Below are positions 13,706-21,647 of a DNA stretch of 24,000 nt, piece by piece. Position numbers and translations under genes: made by a program. The stretch lies in sequence record OR413583.1. One strand, given 5' to 3'. Numbering within the stretch: position 1 is the stretch's first letter; every line of letters starts with the position of its first letter. This stretch comes from Salmonella phage SPLA5a. A model generated the notes under the pieces. That model did not search any database and had not been told where the DNA came from. It saw nothing but the letters and a program-made list of their open reading frames with translations.

Positions 13706-15700
13706 ATGATAATCCAACGTGCCGAAGAGAAGGTCCAAGTATCCGGTAGTGTACAGCGCTATCAGGCTGGGATCGCGATTAATGCTGAGACTTTCAGTAT
13801 TCTTATCGACGGTATTTATAACGACAAAGTTCTGGCGGCGGTACGTGAACCGCTGTTCAACGCTGTTGACTCACACACGGAAGCTGGTTGCCGTGATAAG
13901 CCGATTATCATCCACTCCCCAACCGACCTGGAGCCTTGGTACTCGGTCCGTGATGGTGGTTTAGGTATGGACTTCGACATGGTTACACAGACCTTCATGA
14001 TGTTGGGGTCCTCCACCAAACGCGAATCCAACGAACTGATTGGGGCCAAAGGTATCGGCTCTAAGGCTCCGTTCACCGTGACCGACATGTTTACGGTCAC
14101 CTCCGTCAAAAACGGTATGAAAACTGTTTACTCGGTGCATAAGAATGAGGGTATTCCAGAGGTTGTTCCTCTGCACGAGTCGAAGACTACAGAGGAAAAT
14201 GGCGTTGAAATCAAATTCAACGTAGATCCTTCTGAAACTTCCAAATATCGCCAGGCAATCGTGAAGTGCCTGCGGTATGCGAAATTCCCGTATGAGATCA
14301 ATGACCCGTTTGTGACCTCTGAGATCAATGACCGAACCTACCCGGTTCAGTATCGCTATGAGGACAAAGAAACAGGTTGGATGCTGGAAATGTACGGTTC
14401 CGTATCCCGCAATGCAGACAGTGTTGTTGTGATGGGTCAGCAGCCTTATTTATCGAACTATCTGTCCAGTAATAAGAACTGGCCTATGATGATGGTTTCT
14501 ATTCCTATCGGGGATTGTGATGTGAACCCTGGTCGTGAATGGACCATTGAAGGTAAGAATGACCGTGGTTTCCGTGATCGCCTCGAAAAGTTTGTTACTG
14601 AGGCTATTGAAAAACGTGGTCAGGAAGTCGTGGAAGAGCTTAAGCAGCTACCCACACTGAAAGAAGTGCTGGAGTATATGAAGCGTGTCGGTGGCTACTT
14701 CTCAACCCGTTACGGGTCAGGGTTTATCGCAGACAAGTTCCATGATCACTTTGGGACTTTCAGTATTGACAAGTGCATAACTTATGGTGAGAAGGGTACT
14801 CGCCGTGAAACTGACAAGACTTATGGTTATGCTGACCTTATGAACGGATCGCCACTGGTTTACAACGATGACGGTAAGTGCATCCGAACCAAATGTAACT
14901 GGCTGTCTGAGAACTGCTTCAAACGTGTCTACGTTACGGAACGTATTGAGGCGCTGGAGACCCTGAAAGACCCGTTCTTCGTTGGAATGGTGCATAAACT
15001 TTCCGACCTTGAGAAGCGTCCTGTCGTGAAGGGTGAGAAGAAGTACGGTGGTTATGGCTTGTACGAACCGGGTCACAAAGTGTGGGTTATCGATCAAGAT
15101 GGTTCTATCAAGAGCGACCGTATTTCTCGCGCCGACTTTGATGATATCGAAGCCGCCATGATCTACAGTGGTGGACAGGTGAAGGGTGATTGTGATCTTG
15201 GTGCTGTTCAGTATCTGCACCGTAAACAACAGCCAGAGACTTTCCTGAAGGACTTGGGGATCGAGGGCAAGATGTATATTGTGCCTCTTAATCGCAGTGG
15301 CTGGTTACCTGACGAAACAAGGATCGTTACCAAAGATGACCTTTATGAGCTTGCAAAACAGAATCTCATGGAGTATCATCTGAACCAGCGAACCAATTGC
15401 TCATCAACTTATCGCCAGTTGGTGAAGGAGCTTGGTATTTTTGGGGTTAAAGTTGAAACTGACCCTGAGTATAAGCCTAAAGTGAACATGTCTTATTCGC
15501 TTTCGAACATCAAGGGATATTACGCTCTGGAGAAAAAGGCTGAAAGGATTGTCAATGCACGTATGCGTATTGGTAAAAAGCTTTTGGAAGTTAAAAAATC
15601 TCGATACCCACTGCTCAAGTATGTTGACCTGAAGCACTTCAACACACCAGAGATGATTGAGTATCGACAACTTATTGATAGCAAAGGAGAAACTAAATGA
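13706..15700 (+). CDS. rIIA: rIIA-like GHKL ATPase
   Basis: EPLFNAVDSH, VRDGGLGM, GAKGIGSKAPF (GHKL N/G1/G2 motifs); 664 aa, directly upstream of the rIIB homologue. Confidence 0.85.
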   Translation: MIIQRAEEKVQVSGSVQRYQAGIAINAETFSILIDGIYNDKVLAAVREPLFNAVDSHTEAGCRDKPIIIHSPTDLEPWYSVRDGGLGMDFDMVTQTFMMLGSSTKRESNELIGAKGIGSKAPFTVTDMFTVTSVKNGMKTVYSVHKNEGIPEVVPLHESKTTEENGVEIKFNVDPSETSKYRQAIVKCLRYAKFPYEINDPFVTSEINDRTYPVQYRYEDKETGWMLEMYGSVSRNADSVVVMGQQPYLSNYLSSNKNWPMMMVSIPIGDCDVNPGREWTIEGKNDRGFRDRLEKFVTEAIEKRGQEVVEELKQLPTLKEVLEYMKRVGGYFSTRYGSGFIADKFHDHFGTFSIDKCITYGEKGTRRETDKTYGYADLMNGSPLVYNDDGKCIRTKCNWLSENCFKRVYVTERIEALETLKDPFFVGMVHKLSDLEKRPVVKGEKKYGGYGLYEPGHKVWVIDQDGSIKSDRISRADFDDIEAAMIYSGGQVKGDCDLGAVQYLHRKQQPETFLKDLGIEGKMYIVPLNRSGWLPDETRIVTKDDLYELAKQNLMEYHLNQRTNCSSTYRQLVKELGIFGVKVETDPEYKPKVNMSYSLSNIKGYYALEKKAERIVNARMRIGKKLLEVKKSRYPLLKYVDLKHFNTPEMIEYRQLIDSKGETK

Positions 15701-16983
15701 GTCAGTTATTCGTATCCCGTAGCGCAGCGCGTAAGTTTGCAGCAGACAACGGCATGAAGGTCGTGGACCGTGGTTTGTCTCCGGCTGTACTCGCAACCGG
15801 GCGCTGGATGGTTGTACCAAAAGACAGCCAAGGGGCATCTAAGCCTCCAGAGGTAGATATGAGTTTCACCTCGGAAGCCAAGCCTGCTCAGGCTTCACAG
15901 TTCTTCGCAAGCCGTGGCGATGCCCGTGATTTTGCAAAAGGGAAAAAGAATGCGAAGATCATTGATCATGCGAAAACATCCGATGGTCGTGATAAACACG
16001 AGGGTGTGGTTAAAGACCTCGGTAAGCAGGGCAAACGCTGGGAAGTCGTCTTTGACGTTACCGATCTGCATATCGAGGCCACTGTAACCCTGTTGCCTGA
16101 ACCACACAAGGTTCCTGTGACTGTGGTTGTTGAAGAGTCCGAGCCGAAGACGTACTTCGACGAAGAGACTGTTGAGAAGAAAGACCCTGTGGTCATCATG
16201 ACTCCCGGTAATGTTTGCATCTCGATGCCTGATGGTACTCAGCACACCATCAACCGTGACAACGATATCTTCCCTGATGTCGGTCTACTGCTGATTGAGG
16301 GTGATATCGAAGGGGCTATCGCGCTAATCGAAGCAGGGAAAGAGGCCAAGGCGGAGAAGGTTGTGGATCTCGGCCCGGATCTGAAGCTGCTTGATGGTGT
16401 TCTGTACTGGCACGGGCAGAAGCAGGAAAGTACGCTGGCTGATCGTATCCTGAAAGACATTGCTGAGGACAATTTCGATGAACGTTATGTGAAGTTCATG
16501 CAGAAGCTGATGCACAACCCGTCTTATGCGTCTGTGAAAATGCTGTATGACTTTATTCAGCACAACGACCTGGAGATCCTTGAAAATGGTGACGTTAAAG
16601 CGTATAAGAAGATCACCAACAATGGTAATGGTCCTCGCGACACCCGTACCGGAAAAGTGCCTAACTACAAGGGTCAAATTATCTCCATGCCTCGAAACAT
16701 GGTGGAAGATAATCCGAGTATCTCTTGTAGCCAGGGTCTGCACATTGCCTCTCTGGAATATGCAGGTGGTTTCGCAGGTAATAACCTGATCGAGGTTGCA
16801 GTTAACCCAGCGGATGTGGTCAGTGTACCTTATGACTATAACCAGCAGAAGTGTCGTTGCTGCCGTTATGAGGTCCTTACTGGCACTCCGAAACCAGTCG
16901 GAGCACCGGATGTGCTGGTAATCGGTGCAGCAGGTCAAATTCTGGAAGAAATCTATCTGGAAGAAGAAACTAAGGAGGATTGA
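15697..16983 (+). CDS. rIIB: rIIB-like protein
   Basis: C-terminal NGDVKAYKKITNNGNG...RDTRTGKVPNYKGQIISMPRNMVEDNPSISCSQGLHIASLEYAG...VAVNPADVVSVPYDYNQQKCRCCRYEVL typical of rIIB; ATGA-coupled to rIIA. Confidence 0.85.
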   Translation: MSQLFVSRSAARKFAADNGMKVVDRGLSPAVLATGRWMVVPKDSQGASKPPEVDMSFTSEAKPAQASQFFASRGDARDFAKGKKNAKIIDHAKTSDGRDKHEGVVKDLGKQGKRWEVVFDVTDLHIEATVTLLPEPHKVPVTVVVEESEPKTYFDEETVEKKDPVVIMTPGNVCISMPDGTQHTINRDNDIFPDVGLLLIEGDIEGAIALIEAGKEAKAEKVVDLGPDLKLLDGVLYWHGQKQESTLADRILKDIAEDNFDERYVKFMQKLMHNPSYASVKMLYDFIQHNDLEILENGDVKAYKKITNNGNGPRDTRTGKVPNYKGQIISMPRNMVEDNPSISCSQGLHIASLEYAGGFAGNNLIEVAVNPADVVSVPYDYNQQKCRCCRYEVLTGTPKPVGAPDVLVIGAAGQILEEIYLEEETKED

Positions 16984-18287
16984 TGTCTGATTTTGGTGTG
17001 GGCGTTGAAGCTGCCCTTGGTGCTATCATGTCCGGGGATAACGTCTTCGTTACCGGGCCGGGTGGTAGCGGCAAAAGTTACACCATCAAGACCATCCAGT
17101 CTCTGTATGCAGGCTCAGTCCTGACGGTAGCCCCCACGGGGGCTGCTGCCATTAACGTAGATGGGATGACTGCTCATCGTGCGTTTGGGCTTACAATGGG
17201 GGTCGCGACTAAAAAAGACACAGAGGAAATCAAGCCAAAGGTCAAACGTCTTTTGAAAAGCAAAGCGTTGAAGATTATTATCATCGACGAGATCAGTATG
17301 TTCAGGGCTGACAAGCTTTGGGAAATGGATATGAAATGCCGCTTGGCACGGAGACAGCCAAATAAACCGTTTGGTGGATTACAAATCTGCATGTTCGGGG
17401 ATTTTTTCCAGAACCCTCCTGTCCTCACAGAGGCAGAGAAAGAGATGTATTTCCAGTTCCACAATACGGAATTGTGCTGTTTTTCACAGACTTGGCAGGA
17501 ATTGAATCCCTACCCAATCATCCTTGAAAAGGTGTATCGCCAGAACAGTGTGCATTTCTCTACCATGCTCAACTGCCTGCGTCGTGGACAACGTATTCCT
17601 GAGATCGTTCAGTTCATGAACACGCACTGCTTTGACAATGGCAAACCGTTGGATGCGATTACAATCACCTCGACAAACGCTGCCGCCGATAAGGTTAACA
17701 AGAAGCGTTTTGAGGAAGTTCCTGGTATGCCAACACTATATGCTGCGAAGAAGACTGGTGACTTCAGTCAGAAGCCTGTTCCCGAAGAGATCTATCTGAA
17801 GGAAGGGGCAAAGGTCATGATCACAGTCAACGATCCTAAAGGGTTTGATGAGCCAGAGTACGTGAATGGATCTCGCGGTGTGATCATTGAACTGGGGAAA
17901 GAAAGTGTCAAAGTCCGGCTTGAAGATGACAGGGTGGTTGATGTAGAGCCTTATGTGTGGGAAAATGTGGAGTACAACCCAATCAAGGTACGTAACTCTG
18001 ATGGCACCACTTCAGAAGAGCTTGAAAAGATCACGATTGGTGAATACCGTGCGCTTCCTATCCGCTTGGGGTGGGCTGTGACGATTCACAAAGCACAGGG
18101 CTTGACTTTGCCAGAACTTAATATAGACTTTGGGTATGGAGCATTCGCACCCGGTATGGCATACGTTGCATTCAGCCGTGCCACGAGTGCAAAAGGTTTA
18201 AGACTCTTGCGTAAGGTTAAAGAAAAAGATATCATTGTTGACCAACGTATAGTAAGATTTTACGAAGAAACATTCCCAGGCAAATAG
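16983..18287 (+). CDS. PIF1/RecD2-type superfamily 1B helicase (Dda-like)
   Basis: Walker A VTGPGGSGKSYTI, VAPTGAAAINVDGMTAHRAFGL, IIIIDEISM, GGLQICMFGDFFQNPPV, LGWAVTIHKAQGLT. ATG 16983 with RBS aaggaggat. Confidence 0.9.
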   Translation: MSDFGVGVEAALGAIMSGDNVFVTGPGGSGKSYTIKTIQSLYAGSVLTVAPTGAAAINVDGMTAHRAFGLTMGVATKKDTEEIKPKVKRLLKSKALKIIIIDEISMFRADKLWEMDMKCRLARRQPNKPFGGLQICMFGDFFQNPPVLTEAEKEMYFQFHNTELCCFSQTWQELNPYPIILEKVYRQNSVHFSTMLNCLRRGQRIPEIVQFMNTHCFDNGKPLDAITITSTNAAADKVNKKRFEEVPGMPTLYAAKKTGDFSQKPVPEEIYLKEGAKVMITVNDPKGFDEPEYVNGSRGVIIELGKESVKVRLEDDRVVDVEPYVWENVEYNPIKVRNSDGTTSEELEKITIGEYRALPIRLGWAVTIHKAQGLTLPELNIDFGYGAFAPGMAYVAFSRATSAKGLRLLRKVKEKDIIVDQRIVRFYEETFPGK

Positions 18288-18297
18288 GAGACAAATT

Positions 18298-18759
18298 ATG
18301 GCATCATACTCTCGCATTGAACTGATCAACAAGTTCCGCAAGGAACTTGAAGACTGGAACACAATGTCCGGACTCCGGGCAGAAGCTGCTAAGGATACGA
18401 CACATATTCAGATGGCCTCTGTCGATGAGGTGATGTCTGTTTATGGTTATGTTCCTCGCCGTCTGCCTCAGTATCCTAATATCACTGACGGTCGTTTCGG
18501 GTATGTTCTGGCATTCCCTTCCCGTCGCAAGCCAAAATTCATGTCGTTGGAAGATGCAGTATCGTTCCATAACGGCAACGTGTATGGCGGTAACCCTTTT
18601 CGCCGTATCCCTGAAGACGTGATGTTCGCCTTGAAAAACCGGATTGTCGATCAGGTAGCCATCCAGCGGGATAAAAAGTGTGGGAATGATGGGAGTGGTC
18701 TTAAATCCCAGAAGAAATGGATTCGTTTTTGTGAAACAGGAGAACAAAATGCAGGTTGA
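18298..18759 (+). CDS. Hypothetical protein, 153 aa
   Basis: ORF with gGAGacaaatt RBS; MASYSRIELINKFRKELEDW... Confidence 0.75.
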   Translation: MASYSRIELINKFRKELEDWNTMSGLRAEAAKDTTHIQMASVDEVMSVYGYVPRRLPQYPNITDGRFGYVLAFPSRRKPKFMSLEDAVSFHNGNVYGGNPFRRIPEDVMFALKNRIVDQVAIQRDKKCGNDGSGLKSQKKWIRFCETGEQNAG

Positions 18760-18928
18760 AGACTTTACTGACCTGAGCAAGGTTTCCACAGAAAAGCTTT
18801 TGAAGCTGCGTGATGTGGCACGAGACAACTACGTAGATGCAGAAAAAGCCAAGAGTGAGGCATGGAAGCGTCTGGATGATATTCTTGAAGAGTTAGAGGA
18901 GAGAAAGAATGTTCAAAAAGCTGTTTAA
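18749..18928 (+). CDS. Hypothetical protein, 59 aa, probably coiled-coil
   Basis: MQVEDFTDLSKVSTEKLLKLRDVARDNYVDAEKAKSEAWKRLDDILEELEERKNVQKAV; RBS caggag. Confidence 0.65.
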   Translation: MQVEDFTDLSKVSTEKLLKLRDVARDNYVDAEKAKSEAWKRLDDILEELEERKNVQKAV

Positions 18929-19223
18929 CTGGTTGTTTGCCAAGGAGAATGAGACCCCTTCCAAGCAAGTCCGGGTATACGACTTCACCACCCGTGGCCC
19001 AGGCAACGACATTACATTGCGGGTGATCGGTGATGGTGAATATGCTGAGGCTGTTGTTTTCCTTGATATAACAGCCGAGAAGCCAGAGGTAGGTGATTTC
19101 ATCGTCGTTGATCTGAGCGATAACACAGACCCGATGACCTTCGTTGTGGAAACTGTAGAATCCGTTGCCCTGGGTATTTCCCAGCTTACCCTTACCCGAT
19201 ATGAGGCGGCAGAGGATGAGTAA
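18909..19223 (+). CDS. Hypothetical protein, 104 aa
   Basis: MFKKLFNWLFAKENETPSKQVRVYDFTTRGPGNDITLRV..., overlapping ORF with ggagag RBS. Confidence 0.7.
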   Translation: MFKKLFNWLFAKENETPSKQVRVYDFTTRGPGNDITLRVIGDGEYAEAVVFLDITAEKPEVGDFIVVDLSDNTDPMTFVVETVESVALGISQLTLTRYEAAEDE

Positions 19224-19590
19224 AGAGGATTCTGTAAAGAAACTGATTGCCGACCTTAAACGGTTGGCACCTTCTGCAACGCAAGGAAAGTGGTGGATAG
19301 ATAGTCATGGACATGCGATGGTGGCATTCAGTGATGATAAAGATATCCACACAGTGTTTGTAACAGATCCTAAAATGGGGCCTGCCGTTCGTCACGAGAG
19401 CACTGGAAACCTGTCTCGGTGGCAAAATGATGTTGATGCCACATACATTGCAACGGCATGTCCACAAAATATTCTGAAGTTGATTGAGCGGATAGAGTGG
19501 TTGGAGAAACATCTTGAGACTCAAAAAATCCATGCCAACATGTTTTGTGCAGAGGCCAATGCGTTACGTAAAAAGTTGGGGGAAGAATGA
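19216..19590 (+). CDS. Hypothetical protein, 124 aa
   Basis: MSKEDSVKKLIADLKRLAPSATQGKWWIDSHGHAMVAF...; start at 19216. Confidence 0.7.
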   Translation: MSKEDSVKKLIADLKRLAPSATQGKWWIDSHGHAMVAFSDDKDIHTVFVTDPKMGPAVRHESTGNLSRWQNDVDATYIATACPQNILKLIERIEWLEKHLETQKIHANMFCAEANALRKKLGEE

Positions 19591-19871
19591 GCAGCAAATC
19601 TAATCGAGTTGAGATCGACTTCGAATACAATCATCCGGAAAAAGGGTGGGTTACCGTAGAAGCAGTTTATGCTGTTCAGAAGCCTGACTTTTACAGTAAG
19701 GAGAGCGATTGGGACTACAACGGTTTTCAGGATCTGGAGTATTGTGCTGTATTCCAGAACAACCAACAGATCTACGTTGACATTCCCGATGATGTCTTAT
19801 ACCATCATTTACGTGAGTATCTTCGTGATGCGGAGATCGAAGGTTGTTTTGAGCGTGAGGAGGAATTTTAA
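19587..19871 (+). CDS. Hypothetical protein, 94 aa
   Basis: ATGA-coupled ORF MSSKSNRVEIDFEYNHPEKGWVTVEAVYAV... Confidence 0.7.
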   Translation: MSSKSNRVEIDFEYNHPEKGWVTVEAVYAVQKPDFYSKESDWDYNGFQDLEYCAVFQNNQQIYVDIPDDVLYHHLREYLRDAEIEGCFEREEEF

Positions 19872-20134
19872 TGGCTACCAAAAGTACAGTTCGTCTTGTT
19901 GAGTTCAAGATGAGTGAAAGCAAAAAAGCCGATGTTGAAGAGGCACTGGCAGAACTGCTGGACAATGGGTTCACCATCGCAGCACAGCACGAAGCGGATG
20001 GTTACTTGACCTTCACTCTTGTGAAGTCTCAGTTCGGTATCAATATGCTTATCAATGGTGAAGATGATGGCGGTCAGACTCCGGCGCACCAGTACCAAGT
20101 GGTAAACGGATCAGTAGAACGCGTACTTCATTGA
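19871..20134 (+). CDS. Hypothetical protein, 87 aa
   Basis: TAATG-coupled ORF MATKSTVRLVEFKMSESKKADVEEALAELL... Confidence 0.7.
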   Translation: MATKSTVRLVEFKMSESKKADVEEALAELLDNGFTIAAQHEADGYLTFTLVKSQFGINMLINGEDDGGQTPAHQYQVVNGSVERVLH

Positions 20135-20144
20135 TGAGGGCAAT

Positions 20145-20837
20145 TTGACAAAGAAAATCATAATCCTTTATGATTACACTTCGGTAATGGCACAGCCCTG
20201 GCTAAGGGCTGGCTATGAAGTCTGGACTTTTGATGGTCAACACACCCCAGGGATTACGCGTGAAGGTAACCTTGTGAAGGTGGGTATGTGGTTCTTCCAC
20301 GACAAGACCAATGAACAGGCCAGAGAGATCGCAGAGATGGTTGGGGAAGGCGTCCACCTTGTCTTCGGTTTTCCGGAATGTACTCACCTGACCAATGCAG
20401 GTTCACGACATTGGGCCAAGAAACGTGCTGCCAACCCAAACTTCCAGAAGGAAGCGATGGAATTGTGCTTGCTGGTAGAAAAGCTGGGTAATGAGTATGG
20501 CGTACCTTGGGCGTTTGAGAACCCGGTTGGTGTTCTTTCCTCGATGTATCGCAAACCCGATTACATGTTTGATCCGAAGGATTACGGTGGATATCTACCA
20601 CCAGATGACGTACACCCTCTATATCCGCACGTATACCCTCCACAGGACGCGTATAATAAGAAGACGTGTATTTGGATGGGTAACGGTGCAAAACAGCCCA
20701 CAAAACGTCCTGTGAAGGAATTGCACAAGGACAATCCGGGCTGGAGGAAATGTGGTGGAAAATCTCTTCAGACAAAGAATATCCGGAGTTGTACACCCCG
20801 TGGCTTCGCAGAAGCATTTTACCAAGAAAATAGGTGA
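20145..20837 (+). CDS. Dcm-like (cytosine-C5 methyltransferase-like) protein
   Basis: IIILYDYTSVMAQPWLRAGYEVWTFD..., VHLVFGFPECTHLTNAGSRHW, WAFENPVGVLSSMYRKPDYMFDPKDYGGYL; TTG start. Confidence 0.6.
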   Translation: MTKKIIILYDYTSVMAQPWLRAGYEVWTFDGQHTPGITREGNLVKVGMWFFHDKTNEQAREIAEMVGEGVHLVFGFPECTHLTNAGSRHWAKKRAANPNFQKEAMELCLLVEKLGNEYGVPWAFENPVGVLSSMYRKPDYMFDPKDYGGYLPPDDVHPLYPHVYPPQDAYNKKTCIWMGNGAKQPTKRPVKELHKDNPGWRKCGGKSLQTKNIRSCTPRGFAEAFYQENR

Positions 20838-20841
20838 AATT

Positions 20842-21483
20842 ATGGAAGAATTATTATTAGTGAACACACAAGTGTCTCGCGGGGACAAGACATTATTGCT
20901 CTTGCAGGCAGACAAGGGGGTTGGTGATGTTGCAAAACCCTCACGACTGTTCAGTAAAGTCCCTGTGGTTGCTGAAGGTAGCTACGCAAAATTCAACAAC
21001 AAGTATTTCAACTGTACAACAGCTACCAGTTACTTCGAGATGGCAGCAACGGAGAAGACTGACTTGGTGTTTAAGCCAACAGACGACTTCACCATTGAGT
21101 TTTGGTCAAGGAATACCTCCATCGCCTCTTCTTGGTGGATGTACTTTGGTACGGGTACACAAAGCTGTTTAAAGGTGTACCAAAATACTGTTTACCTTCA
21201 AGACCAGTTGAGGTATCTGAGCTTCAGTGGCAACCTCTGGCCCTTAAGCAACTGGATTCATGTTGCCATTGTAAGTAAGGGAGGAACAACCAAGCTTTAT
21301 CTGAATGGAGTTTCTACTGGCACACCTTTTGCCTCTGGCGGTTGGAGTGAGGCAAATCGCTTTGCGAGAATAGGTTTTGGTGAGCAAAGCATGTTTGGTG
21401 CATTGGACCAGTTCCGAATCTCGAAGATTGCCCGTTACGATGGTAATTTCACTGTGCCAAATGCACCGTTTGTTATTGATTAG
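20842..21483 (+). CDS. LamG/concanavalin A-like lectin domain protein
   Basis: DFTIEFWSRNTSIASSWWMYFGTG...NWIHVAIVSKGGTTKLYLNGVSTGTPF...ARIGFG...GALDQFRISKIARYDGNFTVP is the LamG_3 pattern. Start set at 20842. Confidence 0.8.
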   Translation: MEELLLVNTQVSRGDKTLLLLQADKGVGDVAKPSRLFSKVPVVAEGSYAKFNNKYFNCTTATSYFEMAATEKTDLVFKPTDDFTIEFWSRNTSIASSWWMYFGTGTQSCLKVYQNTVYLQDQLRYLSFSGNLWPLSNWIHVAIVSKGGTTKLYLNGVSTGTPFASGGWSEANRFARIGFGEQSMFGALDQFRISKIARYDGNFTVPNAPFVID

Positions 21484-21494
21484 TAGGAGGGGAA

Positions 21495-21641
21495 TTGAAA
21501 AATGTACAAATCCTTCAGTGTCGTGACATCAAGGATCTTGAAGACCGACTGAATGCCTATTTTGAAAAGGGTTACCACATTAGTGGTGGGATCACCGTTG
21601 ACGGTAATTGGTATGTAGCTGTAGTAGTTAAGCCATTCTAA
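21495..21641 (+). CDS. Small DUF1737-like protein, 48 aa (below the ORF-track cutoff)
   Basis: TTG start after taggagggg: MKNVQILQCRDIKDLEDRLNAYFEKGYHISGGITVDGNWYVAVVVKPF; matches ...LExxVNxxLxxGWxxxGGxxV...YxxxMVK style. Confidence 0.6.
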   Translation: MKNVQILQCRDIKDLEDRLNAYFEKGYHISGGITVDGNWYVAVVVKPF

Positions 21642-21647
21642 GGAGAA

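Noticed and set aside
16324-16938. 204-aa minus-strand ORF
   Set aside because: Antisense to the rIIB C-terminal region, which carries the family motifs.
20254-20817. 187-aa minus-strand ORF
   Set aside because: Antisense to the Dcm-like gene, whose motifs support the plus strand.
21502-21552. ATG-start 16-aa ORF before the primase-helicase
   Set aside because: The overlapping TTG-start frame at 21495 is longer, has better RBS spacing and protein-like composition.
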